From the IMG/VR virus record IMGVR_UViG_3300014969_000001, positions 1 through 64,000 of that record: a stretch of DNA of 64,000 nucleotides; one strand, given 5' to 3'. The stretch is from a virus (Duplodnaviria; Caudoviricetes). The notes beneath the pieces are model-generated. The model had not been told where the DNA came from, made no database searches, and saw nothing but the letters and a program-made list of their open reading frames with translations. Positions 38,720-47,910 of the stretch are shown here, piece by piece. The translations under genes were made by a program, and so were the position numbers. Each line of letters starts with the position of its first letter. Positions within the stretch are counted from its first letter, which is position 1.

Positions 38720-39005
38720 CAGGCATCTTAAATTCAGGTACAAATGTTCCATCAGCACTTAAAAGGAATTTACCCCATTCATCATCACTGACATAGCCAG
38801 CTTTATGTAAAAGGTCCACGAGTGTCATAATCCTATCAGTCATTCTAGTTTGCTCCTGCCAGGAATAAGCTTCAATAGTTCTTTCACCAAGGTTTATTAG
38901 TTCACCACTAAGTGAACCCCTCACTATATTGCTTTCCCTGTGTGGTGGTGTTTTCAGCTTCTGCTGTAACTGGCCGACCTCTAATATCATTGCTGCATAA
39001 TTCAT
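38694..39005 (-). CDS. Hypothetical protein
   Basis: ORF with probable ATGA-coupled start at 39005. Confidence 0.6.
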   Translation of the reverse strand: MNYAAMILEVGQLQQKLKTPPHRESNIVRGSLSGELINLGERTIEAYSWQEQTRMTDRIMTLVDLLHKAGYVSDDEWGKFLLSADGTFVPEFKMPDEEQDQVR

Positions 39006-39232
39006 TCTGGTACCCATTCTCCTTTCCGATACTCCAAGCCGAAGTGATCTTCTAAGATTACATGGTTGTCATGCTTGTCAAATACCGGAGTCATGTGTGT
39101 ACCATTCCTCCAGATCGTCAGCATGACCTTTCCTCTGTCTTCCGGATACTGGCTACCAATACAGACATAGCTGCGGTCAGGAAGATCCTCAGACCATACC
39201 TTTCCTCCTCCTGATTCATAGTAATAGTTCAT
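39002..39232 (-). CDS. Hypothetical protein
   Basis: Probable start MNYYY at 39232. Confidence 0.55.
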   Translation of the reverse strand: MNYYYESGGGKVWSEDLPDRSYVCIGSQYPEDRGKVMLTIWRNGTHMTPVFDKHDNHVILEDHFGLEYRKGEWVPE

Positions 39233-39233
39233 C

Positions 39234-39491
39234 TTACTGCTTGCGTTTAATTGGTAATTCTTTAAATGGTGTAACCCCATCACCTTTGCGATAAGTGCTG
39301 TTGTCTAACACTACCCCTATCTCATCTTCATCAAGGATAGGATTGGCACGCTCCCACTCTTCCAGCGTACCCCGGCGAAGCTCAATTCTTGACTGCTTGT
39401 AGTTGGTTACATGGCGCAGCATAACCAAAAGTCTTCCATTGGCCATATCCAGATCGTACTGGAGTCTATCAATTTGTTCCTGTTCTGTCAT
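39234..39491 (-). CDS. Small protein with Mtd N-terminal / phage hyaluronidase N-terminal-like domain
   Basis: IELRRGTLEEWERANPILDEDEIGV......KGDGVTPFKELP. Confidence 0.7.
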   Translation of the reverse strand: MTEQEQIDRLQYDLDMANGRLLVMLRHVTNYKQSRIELRRGTLEEWERANPILDEDEIGVVLDNSTYRKGDGVTPFKELPIKRKQ

Positions 39492-39493
39492 AA

Positions 39494-39973
39494 TTAAAAT
39501 AGTCTGGTTTGTCCTGTTGCTTTACAATCATACAATACATTTAATCTGTCACGCAAAGCCTCTGTGTATTCATCATATACCTGGCGCACATTATACATTT
39601 CATCAAAGCTCTTGTACTTCCAGAGAATATAGCGCGTGCTATAATTAGCTCTTAGTTCTTCTTCCTCACTCAGATCAACTGCTCCTATGAATTCCGGATA
39701 ACCTTTATGCTTCAGGTTGCGAACCATTGTTCCAAAGTCATCCGGCACCATGAGAGCTACAGTAATGATGCTGTAGTTATTCTGATCACCTACACCGGAC
39801 TTCTTATGCTTCTTGTAGTTTACAAGTGTAGTGGTGGTAACATTCTGACCATCCACTACACTATGAACCTGAACCTTCTTCTTCCGTGGCTTTCCAGGCT
39901 TTGGCCGGTAGAATACAGCGAGCATAGGAAACAGATCTTTGACGACTTGCGGCCATTGCTTTTTATCTTGCAT
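39494..39973 (-). CDS. Hypothetical basic protein ending in clamp-binding-like QTRLF
   Basis: 159 aa ORF. Confidence 0.65.
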   Translation of the reverse strand: MQDKKQWPQVVKDLFPMLAVFYRPKPGKPRKKKVQVHSVVDGQNVTTTTLVNYKKHKKSGVGDQNNYSIITVALMVPDDFGTMVRNLKHKGYPEFIGAVDLSEEEELRANYSTRYILWKYKSFDEMYNVRQVYDEYTEALRDRLNVLYDCKATGQTRLF

Positions 39974-39976
39974 ATT

Positions 39977-40363
39977 TTAATTGTTGAAAAGATGGATGTC
40001 ATAACGATCCATCAGCTTATCAAACTTCTTATGGAATTTACTTTCCTCCCTTATGTGATATCCTCTCTGTCCTAAGATCAGGAATACCCGTTCGCGTATG
40101 TTTTTCTTTACTTTCTTGGATACCCTCACCATATTGTGAATGAGGTATTGACCTTCTACAAAGTTCTTGAATGCGACATTATAGGCATATGCGGCATGCT
40201 CCTCTGTATCATAAGATCCCAGATGAACACGAACATTCTCTATGTAGAAAGATGTAACCCACTGTTCTGCTTTTGGAGAAAAACAGACTCCATAGAAGTC
40301 TGATGACGTTCTTCCAAGGAGTCTGCTTCTTACTTGCTTTGCGAGCTTTATATTCTTAGTCAT
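39977..40363 (-). CDS. AP2 DNA-binding domain protein
   Basis: SSDFYGVCF..W...HLGSYDTEEHAAYAYN. Confidence 0.8.
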   Translation of the reverse strand: MTKNIKLAKQVRSRLLGRTSSDFYGVCFSPKAEQWVTSFYIENVRVHLGSYDTEEHAAYAYNVAFKNFVEGQYLIHNMVRVSKKVKKNIRERVFLILGQRGYHIREESKFHKKFDKLMDRYDIHLFNN

Positions 40364-40682
40364 GCTCTTCCGGAGTATATTTGATAGGGCGGATCATATG
40401 ATGATTCTCAAGCCGCAGCTTCCAGAATTTATTATGCACCTGCATGGAAAACCGGTTTACATACATCGGCTTATCCTGCTGCTCCCGAACGCGGATAATC
40501 TTTTCCATTAGCTCCTCCGGATTCGTTTCCCCGCTATTCAAAGCAGCTAAAAGGATATTCCTTGCTTGCTGTGCTTCATTCGGATTGTCATTATAGCTAG
40601 AGCCATATTCAATCCGTAGCTTGTCATAAATTTCGTTTACATCTAGCTGACTGTACATTTTCTTAGTTGGCACTTTGTTCAT
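40356..40682 (-). CDS. Hypothetical protein
   Basis: 108 aa; first gene after a promoter-like motif. Confidence 0.7.
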   Translation of the reverse strand: MNKVPTKKMYSQLDVNEIYDKLRIEYGSSYNDNPNEAQQARNILLAALNSGETNPEELMEKIIRVREQQDKPMYVNRFSMQVHNKFWKLRLENHHMIRPIKYTPEEHD

Positions 40683-40717
40683 GTTCGTTTGTTATAGGCT
40701 AAAATTAATTTAGAAAA

Positions 40718-40730
40718 ATCAGAAGGAGAA
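40718..40730 (-). promoter_or_regulatory. Phage promoter-like motif copy 2 (TTCTCCTTCTGAT)
   Basis: 36 nt upstream of ATG 40682. Confidence 0.6.
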
Positions 40731-40737
40731 AAATAGC

Positions 40738-41826
40738 CTATCCAATCAATAGGCTATTGTAGTAATCTCTCAGTTCATATAATCCCCTTCCTTCGTTCTT
40801 CTTGATGATTGTCAGTAGTTTGGTCAGATCATTGGCCTTGCTATCCACTATCGGCTTATTGGCTGGGATTATCCCCCACTGGTTGTATAGGTTCTCTGCA
40901 GCAAGCTTTCCTGTATTCCGTGGCAAGTTGGTCTTCTTATCTATCTTGTCGAAGTCATCATCCATAATAGAATACCACACGGGAGCGACACTTTTCATAA
41001 GCTGAAAGGTGTTGAAGTCAAGCCTGGCATTCTCTCCTGACAATGGAATTGCCGGCAAGCCTATAGCAGATATGAATGATAGAGTATCCCGATTCCCTGC
41101 AGTAAGAAATCCTACTTCAGCTTTGGCCGGCAGCATATGCAAGCAGAAGATATCCTCAGTCGCCTTGATATTCGAGGTCCACTTGAATTGCGGATTGTCT
41201 GTGAATGGCCGGTAGATCTTCTTGCGCTTTGCTTTCGGGAATGTCCAGGCAAAGATGGGATTCTTAGCCTTCTCATAGATAGTTACCGCCTTTGGCTTAT
41301 CATCATCATAGCTGGTGATTGTAAAGCTGCTGCACACGGTAGTATAAGCCTGATCCAATACCTCCGGAGTAATGTAGCTCGCGGTAAAATATTCAAGCTC
41401 CTCTCGCTTCCAGGCTCTGTCATTGGTGACTATCTCGATCGGCTTATTAACCTTTGGCTTTGCATACATAGTGCGTAGATTAACCACGCCTGTAAAGCAG
41501 CCATTTTCTATGAGTAGAATCTTCTCCTTTGCATAAGCTACAGCCTGCCGGAATCCTTCACCTCCTGCATTCTCATCGAGTCCCAGCCATGCCTTTAGGA
41601 ATTGCCAATGATCACCTTCCTGGCTCTTACCACTCATATTGAAAGCGGAGTAATGCCACATCCCAGTTTTCTGACTTCTATAGACACGGAAACTCGGATG
41701 CTTCTCTTCCAGGAATGGCGAGCATATACTTTTGTTCGGAGCGAACTTTGGATCTTTGATACAGTGGTAATAGACTGCTAAACCGTAGTCTAACAACCTA
41801 TTCAATTCCTCTACAGACAGATTCAT
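40738..41826 (-). CDS. DNA primase (crAss-like, Zn-finger plus TOPRIM)
   Basis: ICSPFLEEKHPSFRVY..GD, KIYRPF, KWTSN, TAGNRDT, LSGEN, MDDD...G. Confidence 0.8.
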   Translation of the reverse strand: MNLSVEELNRLLDYGLAVYYHCIKDPKFAPNKSICSPFLEEKHPSFRVYRSQKTGMWHYSAFNMSGKSQEGDHWQFLKAWLGLDENAGGEGFRQAVAYAKEKILLIENGCFTGVVNLRTMYAKPKVNKPIEIVTNDRAWKREELEYFTASYITPEVLDQAYTTVCSSFTITSYDDDKPKAVTIYEKAKNPIFAWTFPKAKRKKIYRPFTDNPQFKWTSNIKATEDIFCLHMLPAKAEVGFLTAGNRDTLSFISAIGLPAIPLSGENARLDFNTFQLMKSVAPVWYSIMDDDFDKIDKKTNLPRNTGKLAAENLYNQWGIIPANKPIVDSKANDLTKLLTIIKKNEGRGLYELRDYYNSLLIG

Positions 41827-41827
41827 A

Positions 41828-42223
41828 CTATCCTGGCAATAATGGCTTGAACTTCGTGTTCTTAATGGCTTCTATATGATTTGCTGTGCTGCCATCTTTC
41901 ATATTGACAGCATCCATCCAGCTAATCTTTCGGAGTGCATCAGGTAAGCCATTAGCCATTATTGCGGGGCGGGATTCCACCTTATAGCAATCATCGACGA
42001 TAATATTTCCTTCATCTATTATAACCTGGTTCTTAATCCCCAATAGCTTTAGCGATAATCGCTTGAGGAATGTAGGTCTATAAATAAATGAGGTAACGAT
42101 AAATTCTGTAATCTCCCCTTCCTTACAGAACCCTTTTAATTCCTGTGGTGGATCTACAAACATTACTGAGAATGGCGGATCTGGAATTCCTGCAAAGTGG
42201 GAGTTTTTGATGAGGTTGTTCAT
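41828..42223 (-). CDS. Hypothetical protein
   Basis: 131 aa ORF; out-of-frame ATG 13 nt upstream. Confidence 0.6.
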   Translation of the reverse strand: MNNLIKNSHFAGIPDPPFSVMFVDPPQELKGFCKEGEITEFIVTSFIYRPTFLKRLSLKLLGIKNQVIIDEGNIIVDDCYKVESRPAIMANGLPDALRKISWMDAVNMKDGSTANHIEAIKNTKFKPLLPG

Positions 42224-42267
42224 TGAATGATGGCATAACGTTAGTTTTATTTTATTGAAACGAAATA

Positions 42268-42280
42268 ATCAAAAGGAGAA
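42268..42280 (-). promoter_or_regulatory. Phage promoter-like motif copy 3
   Basis: TTCTCCTTTTGAT in intergenic DNA. Confidence 0.65.
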
Positions 42281-42289
42281 AAACACTCA

Positions 42290-42565
42290 CTAATTCTTAT
42301 TCCATCGCGTCTTAAAAATGGCGCTATCCCCGGCAACAATGCGATAGTCAGGACGACGGGTGAATACTGGCTTTAAGGTCGGATATTCATGGCTGCATAT
42401 TGCGCCACATGCCCGACACCAGTACACCGTCGGCTGACTAAAGCCGGATGCTACAGAGAATATTTCTACGGAATTATGGTAAGGCCCGAACGGGCAGTTT
42501 GGATCTGGTGGAAACAGAAACTTCTTAACCGCTCTAAGAAGGCGGCGATATTTGTGTACTAACAT
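42290..42565 (-). CDS. Small putative Zn-binding protein
   Basis: CPFGPYH...WCRACGA. Confidence 0.6.
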   Translation of the reverse strand: MLVHKYRRLLRAVKKFLFPPDPNCPFGPYHNSVEIFSVASGFSQPTVYWCRACGAICSHEYPTLKPVFTRRPDYRIVAGDSAIFKTRWNKN

Positions 42566-42610
42566 TCGGCATAATGTTTAGTGGTTAATAAAATTTATTG
42601 TAATACAAAA

Positions 42611-42800
42611 TGTTCCGGTGGGATTCTTACCCACATCTATTTCTGAGAATGGCAAACAGAAATATATACAGCCTACTCAGGACTAAGTTCGGGATTGCTA
42701 AAGATGCAACAAAATAGCAAGCCCATTGTAACCCTGCCATTTCACTTGGGGTTTCACCACTGGACTACGTTACAGTTTCACGAGGGGGTGCGCCCCTCTT
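42611..42800 (-). ncRNA. Putative structured ncRNA (multi-stem, loop-loop pairing, T-arm-like 3' end)
   Basis: At least 5 stems within a 280-nt gene-free gap; 7-bp loop-loop complement; strand inferred from context. Confidence 0.5.
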
Positions 42801-42844
42801 TCTGACACGGGCATAATGTATGTATCTATCGGTTGCAAGATAGA

Positions 42845-43138
42845 TTAAAAGTCAATATCCTGCAACGGCTCTTCTGTAGGTTTCTTCTGCCATGCAGGAA
42901 CCTGGTCCTTTGGAACACCATAGAAACTTTTGGCATCCTCATCATAGCGAAAGTCTTTCAGATAGTAGTGGTTCTCTCGATTGGCTTCAGAATTACCTTC
43001 TTTAAAGTATTCATCAAGCCCGTGATGATGAAAGAATTCAGCAAGATTATCCGCTTGCAACGGGTTTTGCACATAGAATGTAACAGTAAAAGGCAGAACT
43101 ACTTCAGTATCTGCCGGAGTATCAAATATATTGCTCAT
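42845..43138 (-). CDS. Hypothetical acidic protein
   Basis: 97 aa ORF ending QDIDF. Confidence 0.7.
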   Translation of the reverse strand: MSNIFDTPADTEVVLPFTVTFYVQNPLQADNLAEFFHHHGLDEYFKEGNSEANRENHYYLKDFRYDEDAKSFYGVPKDQVPAWQKKPTEEPLQDIDF

Positions 43139-43207
43139 ATAAATTGTTTTATAATTGGATGAATTTTCTCAACTTTAAGAAATTAGTTTGCGTTTAATCT
43201 TATATAT

Positions 43208-43357
43208 GCCGGAAAGATATTGGGCTACGGTTTAAATCATTTCGATATCATGTTCAGATGGCGCTGAACTAACGGCTTAAAGTTATTCGAACCAGCTATC
43301 ATTGCCTTCGGGCTTTTTTAGCTGGTTCACTTTTTATATGCAATATATCGAATAACT
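43208..43357. other. Nested inverted repeats / structured intergenic element
   Basis: AGTTATTCGA..TCGAATAACT, GAACCAGCTA..TAGCTGGTTC, GCC-TTCG-GGC, GTTCAG..CTGAAC. Confidence 0.45.
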
Positions 43358-43358
43358 C

Positions 43359-43922
43359 TCACTTCTTCAAGGACTTACTAATTTCCTTGTCAATTAATTG
43401 ATCATAAAATAAAGGTGCAGAATCTAATAGCTTGGCCCTAGTCTTTTCAACTATCTTCTGCTGCTTCTTCTTTTCCTTTGCTTTCTTAATAGCCCACTTT
43501 TGTTTATCAAGGAATTGCTCATAGGCATGCCAGTCATCATTTATTACTAACATTCTCCACTTTGTTTCAAGGCGCTTCCAAGCAGGATCACCAAGCCGCG
43601 GTGCCTGGTCATTCATCTTGGATTCCCATAGCGTGATGAACTTCTGCAGCTCATATAACTGCATCCATCCATCATTGCTTACCCTGAATTGCCCGGTTAG
43701 AGAGGATACTTTTTCTTTCCTCTTTTGTACTAACCAGAACTCACTCAGCGTCATATTACCAAGCCCATGTATAATGTCCACTCTGGAATTGAAATGCTCC
43801 TGGTAACGCGCTAAATCCTTCAGAGGGATATTGCCTAAGAGTGTGCTTTCCGGCATCTTCTCTTTCAGCCAGTTCCTGATATCCTCCGGATACAGGATCT
43901 TATCATAAGTAAGTAAGTTCAT
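43359..43922 (-). CDS. Hypothetical protein coupled to the PRTRC ThiF gene
   Basis: 187 aa; ATGA overlap; C-terminal APLFYDQL. Confidence 0.7.
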   Translation of the reverse strand: MNLLTYDKILYPEDIRNWLKEKMPESTLLGNIPLKDLARYQEHFNSRVDIIHGLGNMTLSEFWLVQKRKEKVSSLTGQFRVSNDGWMQLYELQKFITLWESKMNDQAPRLGDPAWKRLETKWRMLVINDDWHAYEQFLDKQKWAIKKAKEKKKQQKIVEKTRAKLLDSAPLFYDQLIDKEISKSLKK

Positions 43923-44755
43923 ATCTTTGGTACTGGAATATTTGCTTGTAGATCACTTTCTAAATTCAGATAGAAGCCGTGGCGTTCCATGTGGACCTTA
44001 CGAAATAGCTGCCATATTAATCTCATTCCCCGAGTGGCAAGCTCCGAGTTAATGAACAGATCCTGGTGAGCCAATGCCTCTGCCAATGAACAACTCGGCT
44101 CATTGGTTACATCTTCTGGCTCCGGTTCCCACAACTCGGGATGCAATTCGAATAGATGAGGAAGTTTACCATTAAAGCACAACTCCTCTGCCAAGTGCGA
44201 AGGAACTTCCGGCTGTTGAATATCTCCGAATGTTCCCATGATTGCCTGACCTGAATTCTTGCTATTGCCAAAGTCCAGCCAGTAATACAAAGAACTCTCC
44301 CTTGCCCGCTGGCTACCCTGATTCCTTAACTGCTCTGCAGCATCCAAAGCTACTGTATGAAATATCTCCTGTCTGGCCACTCTATTATCCACACAGCTGA
44401 TAAGGATATTCGGAAGATAAAACATCTGCTCACAGGCTGTAATCTCATCGAATCTTTCCGGTACCGCTCTCCAGTTAAGGCCAAAGTGATTTGCTCTGCT
44501 TATCAAAGCTTCAGCCTTGCTCATTCCCACTTCCGCTGGAAAGAATAGCTGTCGGCCAAGATTTGCCGGTGATACTTCATCAGGATCGAATGCAGTTACA
44601 TCAAGGCCAGGATGACCAAGAGCCTTCAATGACAAATGGATCTTGATAAGATGGCTGAGCACATGGGAGCCAGTTCCTCCCACACCCACCAAAGCTACAC
44701 GCAAAGGATGCGTGGGCCCTAAAATATATGTCGCTGTTGCGTGTTTCGTTATCAT
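43919..44755 (-). CDS. PRTRC system ThiF (E1-like) protein
   Basis: VGVGGTGSH, FDPDEVSPANLGRQLF, ISCVDN, WLDFGN, PSCSLAEALAHQDLFIN. Confidence 0.92.
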   Translation of the reverse strand: MITKHATATYILGPTHPLRVALVGVGGTGSHVLSHLIKIHLSLKALGHPGLDVTAFDPDEVSPANLGRQLFFPAEVGMSKAEALISRANHFGLNWRAVPERFDEITACEQMFYLPNILISCVDNRVARQEIFHTVALDAAEQLRNQGSQRARESSLYYWLDFGNSKNSGQAIMGTFGDIQQPEVPSHLAEELCFNGKLPHLFELHPELWEPEPEDVTNEPSCSLAEALAHQDLFINSELATRGMRLIWQLFRKVHMERHGFYLNLESDLQANIPVPKI

Positions 44756-45591
44756 AATTGATTAAATGGCTTTAATACTTTCGGTACCCGACTATCACTT
44801 AATGGAATCAATAAGATTGATGGATAACCCTTAATTCCAGAACGCTTTTCCATTAGATTCCAGAATTGAATAAGTGTACCTCTCCACCGTTTAGGTCTTG
44901 GAATACCATGCTCTGCTGTAAAGTATGATCCCCAAAATGCGCGGGAATATTCCTGCATTATCCAGGTGAAGTCTACCTTCTCAGTCATGCTGATCTTTGC
45001 AGTTCCCAAACATACACGCCCATCACCCGACACATTCCAGAAAGGAGCATTACAAAGCTGAAAGGATAACGTACCATCTTCATCACGCTTCGGCTGCTTT
45101 TTCATCGCATAAACATAGAGCGTGTCGCCATAAACTAAGAAAAGCATATGTGGAGTCGTTGCTGTAAAAGAATCCTCCTCACGCTTCTCATTCATCCTGT
45201 GAGAGATTACCCTTCTCTTGGAAGGCTCCCACCAGCAGCATACTACTGTGGCATCCTCATCATAAGCGAAAAGCATATTCGGCGGGATAGGCTTTCTCAA
45301 TTCAAACTGTGTGGCCACCGTATCGCCATCGCTGGATACACGGCTTCGCTGCTCCAACACACTCATAAACTTAGCACAGTTCTCCGCAGTCAATGGCATC
45401 GCTTCACCAAAGCCGAAGTTAGACCGACCCGGTATGCCCTTCATTAAATGCATCGCCGGAAATACTTCGCAATCCTCCGGACCATAAGGCCGGCTATATA
45501 ATACCAATGCTGCATGAGGAAACAGCGGGCTTACCGTCATCTTATCGTAGGTAGCATTCGGGGTTTTTATTGTAGATGTATCTTGTTGCAT
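44752..45591 (-). CDS. PRTRC system protein B (prokaryotic E2 family D)
   Basis: PHMLFLV..LYVYAMK..APFWNV..GRVCLG..FWGSYFT. Confidence 0.85.
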   Translation of the reverse strand: MQQDTSTIKTPNATYDKMTVSPLFPHAALVLYSRPYGPEDCEVFPAMHLMKGIPGRSNFGFGEAMPLTAENCAKFMSVLEQRSRVSSDGDTVATQFELRKPIPPNMLFAYDEDATVVCCWWEPSKRRVISHRMNEKREEDSFTATTPHMLFLVYGDTLYVYAMKKQPKRDEDGTLSFQLCNAPFWNVSGDGRVCLGTAKISMTEKVDFTWIMQEYSRAFWGSYFTAEHGIPRPKRWRGTLIQFWNLMEKRSGIKGYPSILLIPLSDSRVPKVLKPFNQL

Positions 45592-47119
45592 TTTTATAGA
45601 ATTTCAAATCTTTGAGTGATAAATTATAATCCCTTTCCCTTACACATTCAGGAGCCATTGACAGCAATGTAAGCAATGGACCATAGCACTTAGTTGCAGG
45701 TCGTATCGGCTCATTTGCTTTGAAGGCATGACCATAGCACCAGCCATGATCTGGCAGCTCATAGCTCTCCTGAAGAATCGTTTGTTTGTGGTATTTGTCA
45801 AATTGATTACCTGCTTCAAAAGCAGTTTCAAAGTAAGACTCCGGATCCATACACCCATCATTGTAATCGATATTCGGATTATCAATCATGAATCCTGGCC
45901 AGTTTTTGGCGGGCTCTCGCTTAATCATTCTGAAAGCTGAGGTAGCTAATGCATGAATCTGCGGATCACATGGCAAATCCTTCTTTAAAAGCATCTCTAC
46001 CACCATCTCTGAATATCGCTTGGTCTTATTCAGCCATTGCTGCATATAAGTATTGAAGTCCATCGTGCGATAATAATTCACACAAGCCATCAATTCAGCT
46101 TTGAATTCATTGGCCACTCTCTTTGCTTCACGCTTAGCAAATCGCATGATCTTTAGCAGCCTGGTATTCGAAGTGCGGTGCATTTGCGAGTGCATTTTAT
46201 ACCATTCCTTCCGCTTCTTATCAAAGATTGGAATAGCATTCTGATAAATATTATCACACACAAGCTTTATCTGAGCTGCAGTAATAGTGCGGATACTAAA
46301 AGTATTTTCTTCCTTCTTCGTTATTCTCTTTGCTACTATATCCTCCTCTTCCGGAAAAGTAATATGATAATCTGTACCATAAGTAGCCATTGTATCATAA
46401 AGAAGGTGAATCATATTCTCATGGTACTGGCTCTTTCTCCAATGATCTTCCGTCGCTTCTGCAGGAACATACATTCCCATCAGCAGCCGGCTTCTAATCA
46501 TCTGCACAGTATGAAGCAGCAATGTTCCCGAATACTTATCCTTCTGCATCAGCCTGTGGCACCAGAAGTAATTGAAGGGAGTAGGATTATTAGCTGGCAT
46601 CGACCACATATAATTGTAGCCATAGTAAATCTGATTACCATTTCCTAACACCCACACACGAGTAGGATAGCTCTGACCGAATGAACCATGCGTATGAGCA
46701 CATGAATTCAACCGCCAGTTACTCCATCCGGTACCGTGATTATGGAGATAGTTATGGAACCATGCCGCCATCCAAGTAATATCCGCAGGAAGAGAAAGCT
46801 GACCGCATACCTCATTATAAGCATCGAGGAATCCCGGGGCATCCCGCAATTCCTCTCTGAAGCTATCAGCTATCTCATCTGTACAGTTAAAAGGATTCTC
46901 ACCATAATGGTCATCCTCCAATAGATATAAGGGTGGAAGGCTTAGAACAGGATTGGCAAGCCAATTGTCCTGACTAACCGCGGTTTCCGATTGTTGTCGG
47001 GGATTCTGTTTTCTGCTAAGAAGTTGGCAATAGTTGCTCCGATTAATTTTGCTTCTTGTTCCTCGGCTGGAAATTCTTGTGGCAACTCTGGCTTTGGGTT
47101 GTCTGAATATTTTTTGCAT
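45542..47119 (-). CDS. PRTRC-associated protein (position of protein F)
   Basis: 525 aa ORF between the Ub-like and E2-like genes; assignment by synteny only. Confidence 0.5.
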   Translation of the reverse strand: MQKIFRQPKARVATRISSRGTRSKINRSNYCQLLSRKQNPRQQSETAVSQDNWLANPVLSLPPLYLLEDDHYGENPFNCTDEIADSFREELRDAPGFLDAYNEVCGQLSLPADITWMAAWFHNYLHNHGTGWSNWRLNSCAHTHGSFGQSYPTRVWVLGNGNQIYYGYNYMWSMPANNPTPFNYFWCHRLMQKDKYSGTLLLHTVQMIRSRLLMGMYVPAEATEDHWRKSQYHENMIHLLYDTMATYGTDYHITFPEEEDIVAKRITKKEENTFSIRTITAAQIKLVCDNIYQNAIPIFDKKRKEWYKMHSQMHRTSNTRLLKIMRFAKREAKRVANEFKAELMACVNYYRTMDFNTYMQQWLNKTKRYSEMVVEMLLKKDLPCDPQIHALATSAFRMIKREPAKNWPGFMIDNPNIDYNDGCMDPESYFETAFEAGNQFDKYHKQTILQESYELPDHGWCYGHAFKANEPIRPATKCYGPLLTLLSMAPECVRERDYNLSLKDLKFYKNATRYIYNKNPECYLR

Positions 47120-47144
47120 TCGTCTGGCATAACGGGTTTACAAT

Positions 47145-47411
47145 TTACAATTTTGAGAATTCTGTTTCGATTTCTTCAAGGCGATCTTCAGTATGTTCTT
47201 CAATAAGCTTGAATAGCTTTTCTATGAACTTCCTATCACTATTAGAAATATCTTTGGTAATAGAAAAAGAACGGCCACCATTTCCTCTGATTGATATAGA
47301 AGCAGGAGAAGAATCATACTCCTTTATTTCTTCAATCATTTTCATGCGTTTCTTCATTTCTAATAATTCGTCGCGATTAGCCATCGCTTTCATGTAGGTG
47401 ATTTCTTCCAT
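47145..47411 (-). CDS. Hypothetical protein
   Basis: 88 aa ORF inside the PRTRC cluster. Confidence 0.7.
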   Translation of the reverse strand: MEEITYMKAMANRDELLEMKKRMKMIEEIKEYDSSPASISIRGNGGRSFSITKDISNSDRKFIEKLFKLIEEHTEDRLEEIETEFSKL

Positions 47412-47423
47412 ATCTCTTAAATG

Positions 47424-47446
47424 AAAAGGGTGACTTTCGCCACCCC
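47424..47446 (-). terminator. Intrinsic terminator
   Basis: Minus strand GGGTGGC-GAAA-GTCACCC-TTTT. Confidence 0.7.
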
Positions 47447-47461
47447 TTGATAATCTATTTC

Positions 47462-47659
47462 TTATTTCAATTTTGCTATTTCTTCATTACATTCTTTAAT
47501 AGCAAAATCATCTATTAAAGCATTGTGTAATGGAGCATTATCTACATATCGTTTAGCAGCCCAATCTTTCCAAGACTTTTTGATTTCCTGAATCTTCGCA
47601 TCTCTGTCATCACGCTTGCATTCAAAACTCCATTCCTCTCTATCAAAATGACCTGCCAT
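47462..47659 (-). CDS. Hypothetical protein
   Basis: 65 aa; TAATG-coupled to the Ub-like gene. Confidence 0.6.
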   Translation of the reverse strand: MAGHFDREEWSFECKRDDRDAKIQEIKKSWKDWAAKRYVDNAPLHNALIDDFAIKECNEEIAKLK

Positions 47660-47883
47660 TATCCTTTCTCCCCTGCTGCCGGTGAGAACAAATACTCTAC
47701 TCCTGTAGCTGTTGGGATTGGACCTTGCAGACTTGCAGTAGCGATATCAGGATGGACATCCATGAAGAATTTGCGAAGTTGCTCCATGCTCATATCCGGA
47801 TTTACATCTGGTAGCATTATCGTTACATCTTTGCCTTTTTCCTTCTTTGTATATTTTATTGATCTTTCAAGTGTGAGTACCAT
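47659..47883 (-). CDS. PRTRC system protein C (ubiquitin-like)
   Basis: LER..Y...LPDVNPDMS.EQ...HPDIATASLQGP...YLF...GEKG with C-terminal Gly. Confidence 0.88.
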   Translation of the reverse strand: MVLTLERSIKYTKKEKGKDVTIMLPDVNPDMSMEQLRKFFMDVHPDIATASLQGPIPTATGVEYLFSPAAGEKG

Positions 47884-47910
47884 TGTTTTATTTTTTGAGG
47901 TATTGAATTA

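Noticed and set aside
42611-42690. Canonical tRNA gene
   Set aside because: T-loop reads TAAGAAT rather than TTCGAAT; no acceptor 5' strand, D arm or anticodon arm at tRNA spacing
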